From: Craspedostauros australis
Taxonomy: Eukaryota
Assembly: GCA_030167865.1 (NCBI GenBank)
Contig: JALAGF010004667.1
Span: 1-39,648, forward strand
Reading direction: 5' to 3'
DNA: 39,648 bases
Shown here: piece after piece, positions 1 to 9,687 of the stretch
Numbering within the stretch: the stretch's first letter is position 1
How the letters are laid out: each line of letters starts with the position of its first letter
The notes under the pieces: generated by a model
Told to the model about the DNA's origin: nothing
The model's database searches: none
What the model saw: the letters and a program-made list of their open reading frames with translations, nothing else
Made by a program: the position numbers and the translations under genes

Positions 1-3000
1 CAGCTGCGCACGGAGCTTTCGCCTGTACATCCGCTTCTTCGTTTTCCTGTACATGGCGGATGCTGTCAAGCCTGTCATGTAGAAACGATCGCACACCAGA
101 ATGAATGTTTCGTTCTTGTCTCCTATGCTACGAAAAAGCTTCGCCAGTCGGTACGCATCTTCGTGTCTTTCGCCATAGTACGCCACGCAGGCCGAAGCAA
201 AGCACTCCAGCTTCAACTCAAGCTGTTGTGAAGGCTCTGGTGGATGCTGCGTTAGGTCTCTGGTTGATTGAGAATGGATTTTCGACCAATCCACCGTCTC
301 GATTCCGCTCAGAGACTGGGCGAGCCGGAGATAGGAATGGGAAACTCCATCCATCGAAGCGACCCGGTATATCCGAGACTGTTGCAGCGCGTGGCCGATT
401 CTTTTTCTCAGGTCATGTAGTGTGGAGTCCTGGAAGTAAAACACGGCGAATTGGCACTGCAACATTGTGAGACCAAGTTCAAAGTTGCCTGCCTGCATTG
501 AACGGTGGTATGCTTTCTGAGCGAAACGATCAACCTCTTTGGTCGAAAGACTGAATCGGAAGATGTATTCGTTCGCGCCCATATCTACCAGTCCGCCAAG
601 TTGTCCTCCGTGCGTCAAATCCATTATACGTTGCGCGATGTTGGCACATCGCATTGCCGAGGAGTAATCATTGAGAGGATTGTTCAATACCATTCCCAGC
701 CCAATGAAGGCGACCGCAGATGCTTCGCATATGCCGTACTTGATCGTCATCTTGACTGCTTTGCACGCTTCAAGAAGGAAAGGAATTGGATTGTTGAGTA
801 CAACCGATCGATGTCCGATTTCGCAACCGATCTGCATGGCCATATCCATGCGATAGTTATCCATCAGGGGCAACCCCAAGATCTCTTCATCCGTGTGCTT
901 CTTCAAGTACGACTTGATCTTCAACATGTCCCTCAGGATGTGCGCAACATAAAAGCGACGCGGGATCACACCCAACATTCGAGCCACGTTCACACTAAGT
1001 GACAACGACTCTGCGTGCTTGTTCTCTCGTCCCAGAGCACGCGCCATCAAGAGATACGTCTGCAGCTTCTCATCCAGCGTCACCGCCCTATCAATCACCT
1101 CATTGCCGAGCTTGTATCCAACCTCGAAGTGGCCCAGGGACAGCTCGACCTCTGCTCTCACTTGACACAGCCGAAGAGCGACGTTGTAGTGTTCGTCCCA
1201 TGGATTCCGGACACGCTTCAATGAATTGGATGCCTTGTGCAGATAGCTGGCAGCGGACGCAAGAGCAGCCATCTGCAGCGCCTTCTCTCCAACGCGCAGG
1301 TTCATGGCGACCGAGAACATGTGATCCTTGGTTTGGGCGCTGTTGAGGTGATCTGCTGCGACGAAGAGCAGTGTGTCATCTTGTGTGGAATAGTCTATTT
1401 TGGAGTAGTCTTGAGGGTCCTCCATTTGTAGTGGTTCCACGTTGGCCTCGCCACCTTGATGAGCATCTTGATGGTCGATACCAAGGCCTGTGTGATCGAT
1501 TTCTTGTGCTTGCGTGTACAGATCGAGGAGGCAATGGCCAATCCTCACCCTCAGCTTGTCCCTGACCTCGCCGTATGGAATGAGTCCGTATGCGGCCTGT
1601 TGGATGCGATCATGAGCGAACTGGTATATGTGCTTGGCAGTGGTGGACTTGATGATGAGCCGTTCGGTGATGGCCTGTTGAAGGATTGACATCACCTTGG
1701 ATTGGGTCCATGAAGATGCCCATGTGAATTGTTGAATGCTGTCAATTGTCTTGTCACCATCTGTTTGACTCGGCCCCCGATTGCTTGTGCCATTGGTACG
1801 ATTGGCATGCGCCTGTTCGCGATCCAGTACCTTGTGGAGAGTGGAGAGATCAAAACGAGCTCGGATGTATGATGCAATCGACAACACATGCTGCACATCA
1901 TCCGAGAGCTGTCTCAGCTGACTCTCAATGGCAGCAACGATGTTGTCACTGATGGGAAGATCATCATCGTCGTCGTCGCCGCCATCGTCTTGGCTGTCAC
2001 CGAAGGCGCTTGTGGTGCCGAAGCCAACTCGCGCGTTGGTGTTGGTGTTGATATTGCGGTTCTTGTTCTTCGTTGGCAGGTTCCACTCCCACATGAAGGT
2101 GATGCGGCTGAACACGATGATGTTCTTGCGCTTCAGCTCTTCGATGGCTTGGAGCGTGAAGAAGACATTGCCTTGAGTCTTCTTGTAGAGCTTCTTCGTG
2201 AGGACGAGCAGATCGGGATCATCCTGTGGACGATCGAACATGCCGGACAGCCAGTGCACTGTGTCATCCGGTGAGAGGTTGGCGATGGTGATTTGTTCGA
2301 GGTGCGGTCGTTGTTGTGGTCGCTGTTGTGACTGCTCCTGCGATTGCTCCTGCCCTTGGTTCTGCTGGTTCTGATCGCTGACGATGCGCCCTGCTTCGCT
2401 CGATCTCCCATCATTCCCATGACCACCCACAGTATCCTGATCGACGGTATCATCATGTGATACCAATCGATCCAGGAATGAGGTTCTCAACGCCGCATCA
2501 GCTTCCAGCTGGATGACCTCGTTGTTGTGAGGATCAGTGTCCTGTCGGATGGCACCAAGCAACATGAAGCTGTCCAGGTCAGGATCGGCGATCAATGTTG
2601 CAAGGAGCTCCAGTCCAGCAGATGATGACCACTGCAAGTCATCGAGGAACAGGTACACAGGCTTGGTCGGTGTGGAGATGGCCTTCATGAACTGGATGAA
2701 GATGTATTGGAGCCGATTCCATGCGTTTTGCGAGCTTCCGGCTGATGATTGGCCGTGCGCAATGGATCGCTGCGTGCTTGACATGACGGATGGTGAGATT
2801 GACATAGATCTGGATACCACGGATGCTTGATCATCCGATGGAGAGGGTATGATCGATTGCGAGATGACGGATGGAGTTGTTGTTGTGGCGTTTCCGTCGG
2901 TCAAGAGGATGGAGAGCGATGGCACCAACACAGTCAAACCTGACAGATCGAGTTGGAATCCCGTGCCTCTTCCTGTGCTTTGTGTCTTGGCTGTGCCATC

Positions 3001-3729
3001 GTCTTGGTCCGTCATCGCACTGGTGGCACCATCTCCTTGGGCACTGGTATTGCTTTCGTTGCTGAATGCAGTACCAATCAGCGACCGCATTCGATCGAGC
3101 TCTTCCGGTGGTCCGTGCTTGAGTTGCGTCGCCAGATCATCGAGAGCTTGGATGATGCCAGAGAAGGGCTCGCTGCCGCCAGTTCCTTCATCGTACTTCC
3201 CGCGCAGCACATAGCTGCATGAGCAGCATGCGTCATTGATGAACTGCTCCACCATACATGACTTGCCCGTTCCGCTTGTTCCCCACACGAGCACCGCTGG
3301 ATAGATGGGTGGTCGTTGTTGGTGGCCATCGCCATTCTTTTGTTGCGAGCCATTGCTCTTGATGATCGTAGTCTGGATGGACTTGAGCTTGCGCAGTTCT
3401 GCTGTCCTTCCGAAGAATGGTCGATCGGTCGTTCCCTCTGCCGGCTCTGTTGCGGCTACCGATGCGTTGTTGATGCTTGTACGTGCAGAGAGAGACGAAT
3501 CGTGTTGGTGGTGGAGCTTCGCCGCGTGGTTGTTGCTTGTCCCACTAGGAGCACCATCGCCGTCGGTTCCGCGAATGCTGCTGCGGAGGTTGGCGGAGTT
3601 GGGCTGGTACGTGGACGGCAGATCGACTGTATTCTGCTCCTCTTCGGTGTATCCATCATCGTAGAACTCGCGTCCGGACGTGAGGACATCGAAAGCAGCG
3701 ACAGTCTGGGATGGTCTGGTAGACTTCAT
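1..3729 (-). CDS. STAND-type P-loop ATPase (COG3899/AAA_16-like) with C-terminal TPR-like helical region, copy A; 3' end lies outside the window
   Basis: I read the minus-strand frame from ATG 3729 to base 1 and found no stop codon (1243 codons); an in-frame TGA sits 2 codons upstream of the ATG. Motifs: Walker A GTSGTGKS (3259-3282), Walker B YLFLDDLQW, TQGNVFF and FAHDRIQQAAY. Colinear with 5485..9687, so about 140 C-terminal residues are expected beyond the edge. Not in the supplied ORF track. Confidence 0.92.
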   Translation of the reverse strand, partial: MKSTRPSQTVAAFDVLTSGREFYDDGYTEEEQNTVDLPSTYQPNSANLRSSIRGTDGDGAPSGTSNNHAAKLHHQHDSSLSARTSINNASVAATEPAEGTTDRPFFGRTAELRKLKSIQTTIIKSNGSQQKNGDGHQQRPPIYPAVLVWGTSGTGKSCMVEQFINDACCSCSYVLRGKYDEGTGGSEPFSGIIQALDDLATQLKHGPPEELDRMRSLIGTAFSNESNTSAQGDGATSAMTDQDDGTAKTQSTGRGTGFQLDLSGLTVLVPSLSILLTDGNATTTTPSVISQSIIPSPSDDQASVVSRSMSISPSVMSSTQRSIAHGQSSAGSSQNAWNRLQYIFIQFMKAISTPTKPVYLFLDDLQWSSSAGLELLATLIADPDLDSFMLLGAIRQDTDPHNNEVIQLEADAALRTSFLDRLVSHDDTVDQDTVGGHGNDGRSSEAGRIVSDQNQQNQGQEQSQEQSQQRPQQRPHLEQITIANLSPDDTVHWLSGMFDRPQDDPDLLVLTKKLYKKTQGNVFFTLQAIEELKRKNIIVFSRITFMWEWNLPTKNKNRNINTNTNARVGFGTTSAFGDSQDDGGDDDDDDLPISDNIVAAIESQLRQLSDDVQHVLSIASYIRARFDLSTLHKVLDREQAHANRTNGTSNRGPSQTDGDKTIDSIQQFTWASSWTQSKVMSILQQAITERLIIKSTTAKHIYQFAHDRIQQAAYGLIPYGEVRDKLRVRIGHCLLDLYTQAQEIDHTGLGIDHQDAHQGGEANVEPLQMEDPQDYSKIDYSTQDDTLLFVAADHLNSAQTKDHMFSVAMNLRVGEKALQMAALASAASYLHKASNSLKRVRNPWDEHYNVALRLCQVRAEVELSLGHFEVGYKLGNEVIDRAVTLDEKLQTYLLMARALGRENKHAESLSLSVNVARMLGVIPRRFYVAHILRDMLKIKSYLKKHTDEEILGLPLMDNYRMDMAMQIGCEIGHRSVVLNNPIPFLLEACKAVKMTIKYGICEASAVAFIGLGMVLNNPLNDYSSAMRCANIAQRIMDLTHGGQLGGLVDMGANEYIFRFSLSTKEVDRFAQKAYHRSMQAGNFELGLTMLQCQFAVFYFQDSTLHDLRKRIGHALQQSRIYRVASMDGVSHSYLRLAQSLSGIETVDWSKIHSQSTRDLTQHPPEPSQQLELKLECFASACVAYYGERHEDAYRLAKLFRSIGDKNETFILVCDRFYMTGLTASAMYRKTKKRMYRRKLRAQL

Positions 3730-3735
3730 TGTTCA
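835..3735. repeat. Direct paralogous duplication, matching ~6755..9693
   Basis: By base comparison, 2501-2929 is identical to 8411-8839 (429 bp) and 3071-3457 is identical to 9029-9415 (387 bp). The rest is highly similar apart from in-frame indels and two unalignable loops. Confidence 0.95.
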
Positions 3736-4673
3736 ATCTGCGTCTGCTGTCTTTGTGGCAATGCGGCCATGTTCAGGTGGAGCATCCAACCTTCTGCTTG
3801 CGGGTGGAAGACCTCGATTGATCCAACTCCCAATTGGTCTGTTCACAGCGGCGCGCCCTCCTCCCGATCTATTCTTGCCTTGGTGTCAGTTTCAGAATCT
3901 CCGCGCGGGTCATCTCAAGTCGGGAACGGAGGGGTCCACGTTGGGTGATACTCCTGAGACCGAATTGGACGGAAGGTAGGGATGTGCCTGCCTGTACGAT
4001 CTCCGGGTGCTGATCGGAAGGCGTGGTTGCGCGCACCAAAAATGATTCGTGTGTGTGTCTGGGTGCTTTACTCTCCCTCTTGGTGTTGTGCTTGATACGC
4101 TTCGCCGCGAGTTGGTGTGCGGGAACTCTTTGCGCCGGTGGAACTCATCAGCGAGAAGTAAGGTGTTCATTTTCGCGCGTCCCCCAACGCAGAACCTTGA
4201 ACAGGGACAAGAACAGCGCCGCGAGGCTCTTTATGTTCTGTTGGGCATGATAGACACTCTTTCTGTCGTATCGTCGGGTCATTGATGGTCATCATTGGGT
4301 TATTGGTTAAACCGAAATCTATCAATTTGACGGCCTTTGGTGTGGACGGGCGGATGCAAAAGAGAGAATTTATCACGCCCAACTGTCACAACAATACGCT
4401 GTCACTGGAAGAGAGCCTCCGATAGATTTGCGTGTAAACACAGTCCTTTTGGATACGCGCTGACAGGACAACACAACAACTTGCAAAAAACTACGGCAGT
4501 GTGGCTGAGCGAGCGACTTGTCTTTGCAGGCGGCGGCGTGCTGTCCTTCCATCGCACATAGACACCTCATGCGATGTTTTGGTTGGTGTCCGATTTTGGA
4601 GACGGAGAGTTGTCCCAGGAAGAGAACGACGGCCAGGGCAGCGGCTCAAAATGATGTGCTTCTTCCAAATACG

Positions 4674-4716
4674 ACCCCATTCAGGGTTCGCCAATGTGCG
4701 AACCCCTGAATGGGGT
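4674..4716. repeat. Inverted repeat / potential hairpin between the two STAND genes
   Basis: ACCCCATTCAGGGTTCGC (4674-4691), loop CAATGT, then GCGAACCCCTGAATGGGGT (4698-4716): an 18-bp stem with one bulged base. Confidence 0.75.
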
Positions 4717-5484
4717 GACGCAACGCACTTCTCGCGACAGACAATCGATTCTGTTTCCTGCGCCACAGCTCTTTTGGCAAGCGCCACTTTCGGTGCGAGG
4801 GGTCTGTTTGCGAGCTCCGAGAAGTTGCAGCCTTCGGGCCTTCGTTGATGCATTTTCAAGCAATGGTTTGCGACGAGTGGGCAATGTTCTAACGATGGGC
4901 CATGGTGCCTGTCGTCGTGCTCGCAGTGTTATCGTTGCGCCAACACGGAGCTCTCTCCAGGCTGAGGACAGAAGTTGGTCCGAGTTTGCACACAAATAGA
5001 CGTCTTTGAAATTTCCAGTCGTGCAATAACTCGAAGATCTATTATCAGTCTGGCCGTCACATCGGCGAGTACTCCTATCGGTTCAGACGGTTAACAATCA
5101 GAGTTTGAACCCCTGGACAGCTCTTCTCACTCCCAACTCGCGCATGTGGACGTCCTGTCTCGACACGACCAGAGGATTCAAAACGCCGCTCGGCCGCGGG
5201 TTCTCGTGCGATCTACTGGTATGGTGCATCGTACGATCTAACATGCGCACTCTATGCAATTGTGCCACACTCGTGTTGTGGACGGCACAACCAGAGACAG
5301 CATACACCAACAGTCAATTCTATTCAGACAGGACTGTGAAAGGATCATTAACACACACTATTATGGAGATTTGCTCCACTTACAAATGCACCCAATGCGC
5401 TCTCTCTTGCCACAGACCAACAAGACTTGGAAATCCGAGCTTGACCATCCTTTCAGTCCGCCTCTACCGGTGGCCTTCTCGCTA

Positions 5485-8400
5485 TCATCGCCTCTTGCTA
5501 TTCGGCACAAACTCTTTCAGATACTGAGATCTCCTGTCTTGCATATCCTTCACTTTGGGCTGACAGCCCCATTCATCGTAGTGCCTTACCGCCTTCGTCA
5601 TGTAGTCGCTGACCGTGTCGCTTGACAACACATGGGCGGTTGGGATACTCACCTCGAACTTGGAATTTGATTGATTCAGCAGCTGCTCTTTCGTCGCATG
5701 CAGGTATTCAGCAGCAAGTTCGCATCCCAGCGCAACAAAATGCTTGTTGCCAGAGTCTTGTGCGTAGCGGATGGCCTTGTCGTATGCATCTTTGACGGCG
5801 ATGACTGGCTTGAAGGTCTTGCCTTGCTCCGCTAGAGACATGTGCTCGGCTTCCAAGAGCAATGTCATGGTTAGCAGAGTGTCTCCCATGTTGTCAATGA
5901 TGCTTCGAAAAGCAGCAACTTGCTTGGAGACGGCCCGTCTGTATTTTGCTTTCTTTGTTTGTCGGTACATTGCTGCTGATGTGATGCCCAGAAGTAGTCG
6001 ACCCATCGATGAAAGAATGAATAGTTCACTTTTCGGTCCGATCTTCTGAAACAGCCTTGTGAGTCGATGCGCCAGATTGAATTTCCTGAAGTATGTGGCA
6101 ATACTTGCAGAAGTAAAGTAGAATGGCTTTACCTCGTATATCTCACTTGGTTCCGGCATGTCTGTTTTCAGATCTCGCCAAGACTGCTGCTCAAGGGCTT
6201 CCCAATCAATCGGAACGGTCCCCGTGAGGTATTGTGTGAGAAGAAAGAAGCTGTCTGCCATGCCTCGTACTGACACGACGCGATACACTCGGAAATGGTT
6301 GAGAATACTCTGCACAGCATCTGCCAGAGAATGAAGCTCGTATCCATCGTGGTAGAGGGCGAAGCACCGACCTTGCAGATGTGCCATTCCTGTTTCAAAG
6401 TCACCTGCGCTCATTGAGACCCTGTATCCTTTGTCAAAATTCTTAATCAGATCTTCCGTCGGCAGTCTGTAGTGGTAGCTGTACATAGTCACCATCGCCT
6501 GGACTGATCCAGCGTAGTAATTGCCGTTGGTCTTTTCCAGGATCTGCAGTGCTATGTTGGCGCAACGCGCCCCCAATGCATATTCTGTCGTGGCATTGTC
6601 GTAGAACTGTCCCAAGGCTGCAAATGCAGTCGCAGAGCCTTCACATATTCCGTGCCTCAGAGTAAGCTTGATGTTCTTTGCGACATGAAGTATCCATTGT
6701 GAAATTGCGCCTGTGAGGAAGGACCTGAGTCCGAATTCGTACGTGAGGCAAGTTGCCATTTCCATTCGATAATTGTCCATCAGGGGCAATCCCAAGATCT
6801 CTGCATCCGTGTGCCTCTTCAAGTACGACTTGATCTTCCACATGTCCCTCAGGATGTGTGCCACATAAAAGCGACGTGGGATCACACCCGACATTCGAGC
6901 CACGGTTAGACTCATTGACAACGACTCTGCGTGCTTGTTCTCTCGTCCCAGAGAACGCGCCATCAAGAGATACGTCTGCAGCGTCTCATCCAGCGTCACC
7001 GCCCTATCAATCACCTCATTGCCGAGCTTGTATCCAACCTCGAAATGACCCAGGGACAGCTCGACCTCTGCTCTCGCTTGGCACAGCCGAAGAGCGACGT
7101 TGTAGTGTTCGTCCCATGGATTCCGGACACGCTTCAATGAATTGGATGCCTTGTGCAGATAGCTGGCAGCGGATGCAAGAGCGGCCATCTGCAGCGCCTT
7201 CTCTCCGACGCGAAGGTTCATGGCGACCGAGAACATGTGATCCTTGGTTTGAACGCTGTTGAGATGGTCTGCTGCGACGAAGAGCAGTGTGTCATCTTGT
7301 TGCGGCGAATGTGGATGGTATTGTGTGGAATAGTCTATTTTGGAGTAGTCTTGAGGGTCCTCCATTTGTAGTGGTTCCACGTTGGCCTTGCCACCTTCAG
7401 GAGAACCTTGATGATCACCTTGATGAGCATCTTGATGGTCGATGCCAAGGCCTGTGTGGTCGATTTCTTGTGCTTGCGTGTACAGATCGAGGAGGCAATG
7501 GCCAATCCTCACCCTCAGCTTGTCCCTGACCTCGCCGTATGGAATGAGTCCGTATGCGGCCTGTTGGATGCGATCATGAGCGAACTGGTATCTGTGCTTG
7601 GCAGTGGTGGACTTGATGATGAGCCGTTCGGTGATGGCCTGTTGAAGGATTGACATCACCTTGGATTGGGTCCATGCGGATGCGGATACGCTTGATGAGG
7701 CATGCGCCCGTTCGCGATCCAGTACCTTGTGGAGAGTGGAGAGATCAAAACGAGCTCGGATGTATGATGCAATCGACAGCACATGCTGCACATCATCTGA
7801 CAGCTGTCTCAGCTGACTCTCAATGGCAGCAACGATGTTGTCACTGATGGGAAGATCATCATCGTCGTCGTCGTCGTCATCGCCATCGCCATCGCCGCCA
7901 TCGTCTTGGCCGTCACCGAAGGCGCTGATGGTGCCGAAGCCAACTCGCGTGTTGGTGTTGACGTTGCGGTTCTTGTTCTTCGTTGGCAGGTTCCACTCCC
8001 ACATGAAGGTGATGCGGCTGAACACGATGATGTTCTTGCGCTTCAGCTCTTCGATGGCTTGGAGCGTGAAGAAGACATTGCCATGAGTCTTCTTGTAGAG
8101 CTTCTTCGTGAGGACGAGCAGATCGGGATCATCCTGTGGACGATCGAACATATCGGACAGCCAGTGCGCTGTGTCACCAAGTGAGAGGTTGGCGATGGTG
8201 ATTTGTTCGAGGTGCGGTCGTTGTTGCGGTCGCTGTTGTGACTGCTCCTGCGATTGCTCCTGCCCTTGGTTCTGCTGGTTCTGATCGCTGACGATGCGAC
8301 CTGCTTCGCTCGGTCTCCCATCATTCCCATGACCACCCACAGTATCCTTATCGACGGCATCATCATGTGATACCAATCGATCCAGGAATGAGGTTCTCAA

Positions 8401-9687
8401 CGCCGCATCTGCTTCCAGCTGGATGACCTCGTTGTTGTGAGGATCAGTGTCCTGTCGGATGGCACCAAGCAACATGAAGCTGTCCAGGTCAGGATCGGCG
8501 ATCAATGTTGCAAGGAGCTCCAGTCCAGCAGATGATGACCACTGCAAGTCATCGAGGAACAGGTACACAGGCTTGGTCGGTGTGGAGATGGCCTTCATGA
8601 ACTGGATGAAGATGTATTGGAGCCGATTCCATGCGTTTTGCGAGCTTCCGGCTGATGATTGGCCGTGCGCAATGGATCGCTGCGTGCTTGACATGACGGA
8701 TGGTGAGATTGACATAGATCTGGATACCACGGATGCTTGATCATCCGATGGAGAGGGTATGATCGATTGCGAGATGACGGATGGAGTTGTTGTTGTGGCG
8801 TTTCCGTCGGTCAAGAGGATGGAGAGCGATGGCACCAACGCAGTCAAACCTGACAGCTCGAGTCGGAATCCCGTGCCTCTTCCTGAGCTTGATCTGTTGG
8901 TGTTGACACTATCGCCGCTATTAGCGTGAGTGTGGTTACCAGGGTGTGTGATGTTGTCTGGTTTGGTACCATCATTGCTGTCACCGTACCGTGTACCGTT
9001 GGTTCCTGTTTGACGACCACTGAATTCGGTACCAATCAGCGACCGCATTCGATCGAGCTCTTCCGGTGGTCCGTGCTTGAGTTGCGTCGCCAGATCATCG
9101 AGAGCTTGGATGATGCCAGAGAAGGGCTCGCTGCCGCCAGTTCCTTCATCGTACTTCCCGCGCAGCACATAGCTGCATGAGCAGCATGCGTCATTGATGA
9201 ACTGCTCCACCATACATGACTTGCCCGTTCCGCTTGTTCCCCACACGAGCACCGCTGGATAGATGGGTGGTCGTTGTTGGTGGCCATCGCCATTCTTTTG
9301 TTGCGAGCCATTGCTCTTGATGATCGTAGTCTGGATGGACTTGAGCTTGCGCAGTTCTGCTGTCCTTCCGAAGAATGGTCGATCGGTCGTTCCCTCTGCC
9401 GGCTCTGTTGCGGCTGCCGATGCGTTGTTGATGCTTGTACGTGCAGAGAGGGATGAATCGTGTTGGTGGCGGAGCTTCGCCGCGTGGTTGTTGTTGTTTC
9501 CACCAAGAGCACCATCGCCGTCGGTTCCGCGAATGCTGCTGCGGAGGTTGGCGGAGTTGGGCTGGTATGTGGACGGCAGATCGACTGCATTCTGCTCCTC
9601 CTCGGTGTATCCATCATCGTAGAACTCGCGTCCGGACGTGAGGACATCGAAAGCAGCGACAGTCTGGGATGGTCTGGTAGACTTCAT
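5485..9687 (-). CDS. STAND-type P-loop ATPase (COG3899/AAA_16-like) with C-terminal TPR-like helical region, copy B, 1400 aa
   Basis: FFGRTAEL entry motif, Walker A GTSGTGKS, 'GKYDE...EPFS', Walker B YLFLDDLQWS, THGNVFF, YQFAHDRIQQAAY and C-terminal 'HYDEWGCQPKV'. These match the ATPase and helical parts of the 'trifunctional kinase/ATPase/histidine kinase' family. No kinase, GAF or HisKA domain is visible. Confidence 0.92.
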   Translation of the reverse strand: MKSTRPSQTVAAFDVLTSGREFYDDGYTEEEQNAVDLPSTYQPNSANLRSSIRGTDGDGALGGNNNNHAAKLRHQHDSSLSARTSINNASAAATEPAEGTTDRPFFGRTAELRKLKSIQTTIIKSNGSQQKNGDGHQQRPPIYPAVLVWGTSGTGKSCMVEQFINDACCSCSYVLRGKYDEGTGGSEPFSGIIQALDDLATQLKHGPPEELDRMRSLIGTEFSGRQTGTNGTRYGDSNDGTKPDNITHPGNHTHANSGDSVNTNRSSSGRGTGFRLELSGLTALVPSLSILLTDGNATTTTPSVISQSIIPSPSDDQASVVSRSMSISPSVMSSTQRSIAHGQSSAGSSQNAWNRLQYIFIQFMKAISTPTKPVYLFLDDLQWSSSAGLELLATLIADPDLDSFMLLGAIRQDTDPHNNEVIQLEADAALRTSFLDRLVSHDDAVDKDTVGGHGNDGRPSEAGRIVSDQNQQNQGQEQSQEQSQQRPQQRPHLEQITIANLSLGDTAHWLSDMFDRPQDDPDLLVLTKKLYKKTHGNVFFTLQAIEELKRKNIIVFSRITFMWEWNLPTKNKNRNVNTNTRVGFGTISAFGDGQDDGGDGDGDDDDDDDDDLPISDNIVAAIESQLRQLSDDVQHVLSIASYIRARFDLSTLHKVLDRERAHASSSVSASAWTQSKVMSILQQAITERLIIKSTTAKHRYQFAHDRIQQAAYGLIPYGEVRDKLRVRIGHCLLDLYTQAQEIDHTGLGIDHQDAHQGDHQGSPEGGKANVEPLQMEDPQDYSKIDYSTQYHPHSPQQDDTLLFVAADHLNSVQTKDHMFSVAMNLRVGEKALQMAALASAASYLHKASNSLKRVRNPWDEHYNVALRLCQARAEVELSLGHFEVGYKLGNEVIDRAVTLDETLQTYLLMARSLGRENKHAESLSMSLTVARMSGVIPRRFYVAHILRDMWKIKSYLKRHTDAEILGLPLMDNYRMEMATCLTYEFGLRSFLTGAISQWILHVAKNIKLTLRHGICEGSATAFAALGQFYDNATTEYALGARCANIALQILEKTNGNYYAGSVQAMVTMYSYHYRLPTEDLIKNFDKGYRVSMSAGDFETGMAHLQGRCFALYHDGYELHSLADAVQSILNHFRVYRVVSVRGMADSFFLLTQYLTGTVPIDWEALEQQSWRDLKTDMPEPSEIYEVKPFYFTSASIATYFRKFNLAHRLTRLFQKIGPKSELFILSSMGRLLLGITSAAMYRQTKKAKYRRAVSKQVAAFRSIIDNMGDTLLTMTLLLEAEHMSLAEQGKTFKPVIAVKDAYDKAIRYAQDSGNKHFVALGCELAAEYLHATKEQLLNQSNSKFEVSIPTAHVLSSDTVSDYMTKAVRHYDEWGCQPKVKDMQDRRSQYLKEFVPNSKRR

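Noticed and set aside
1-3729. Pseudogene interpretation of STAND copy A
   Set aside because: The frame has no stop from ATG 3729 to base 1; the ORF caller omitted it only because the stop is outside the window.
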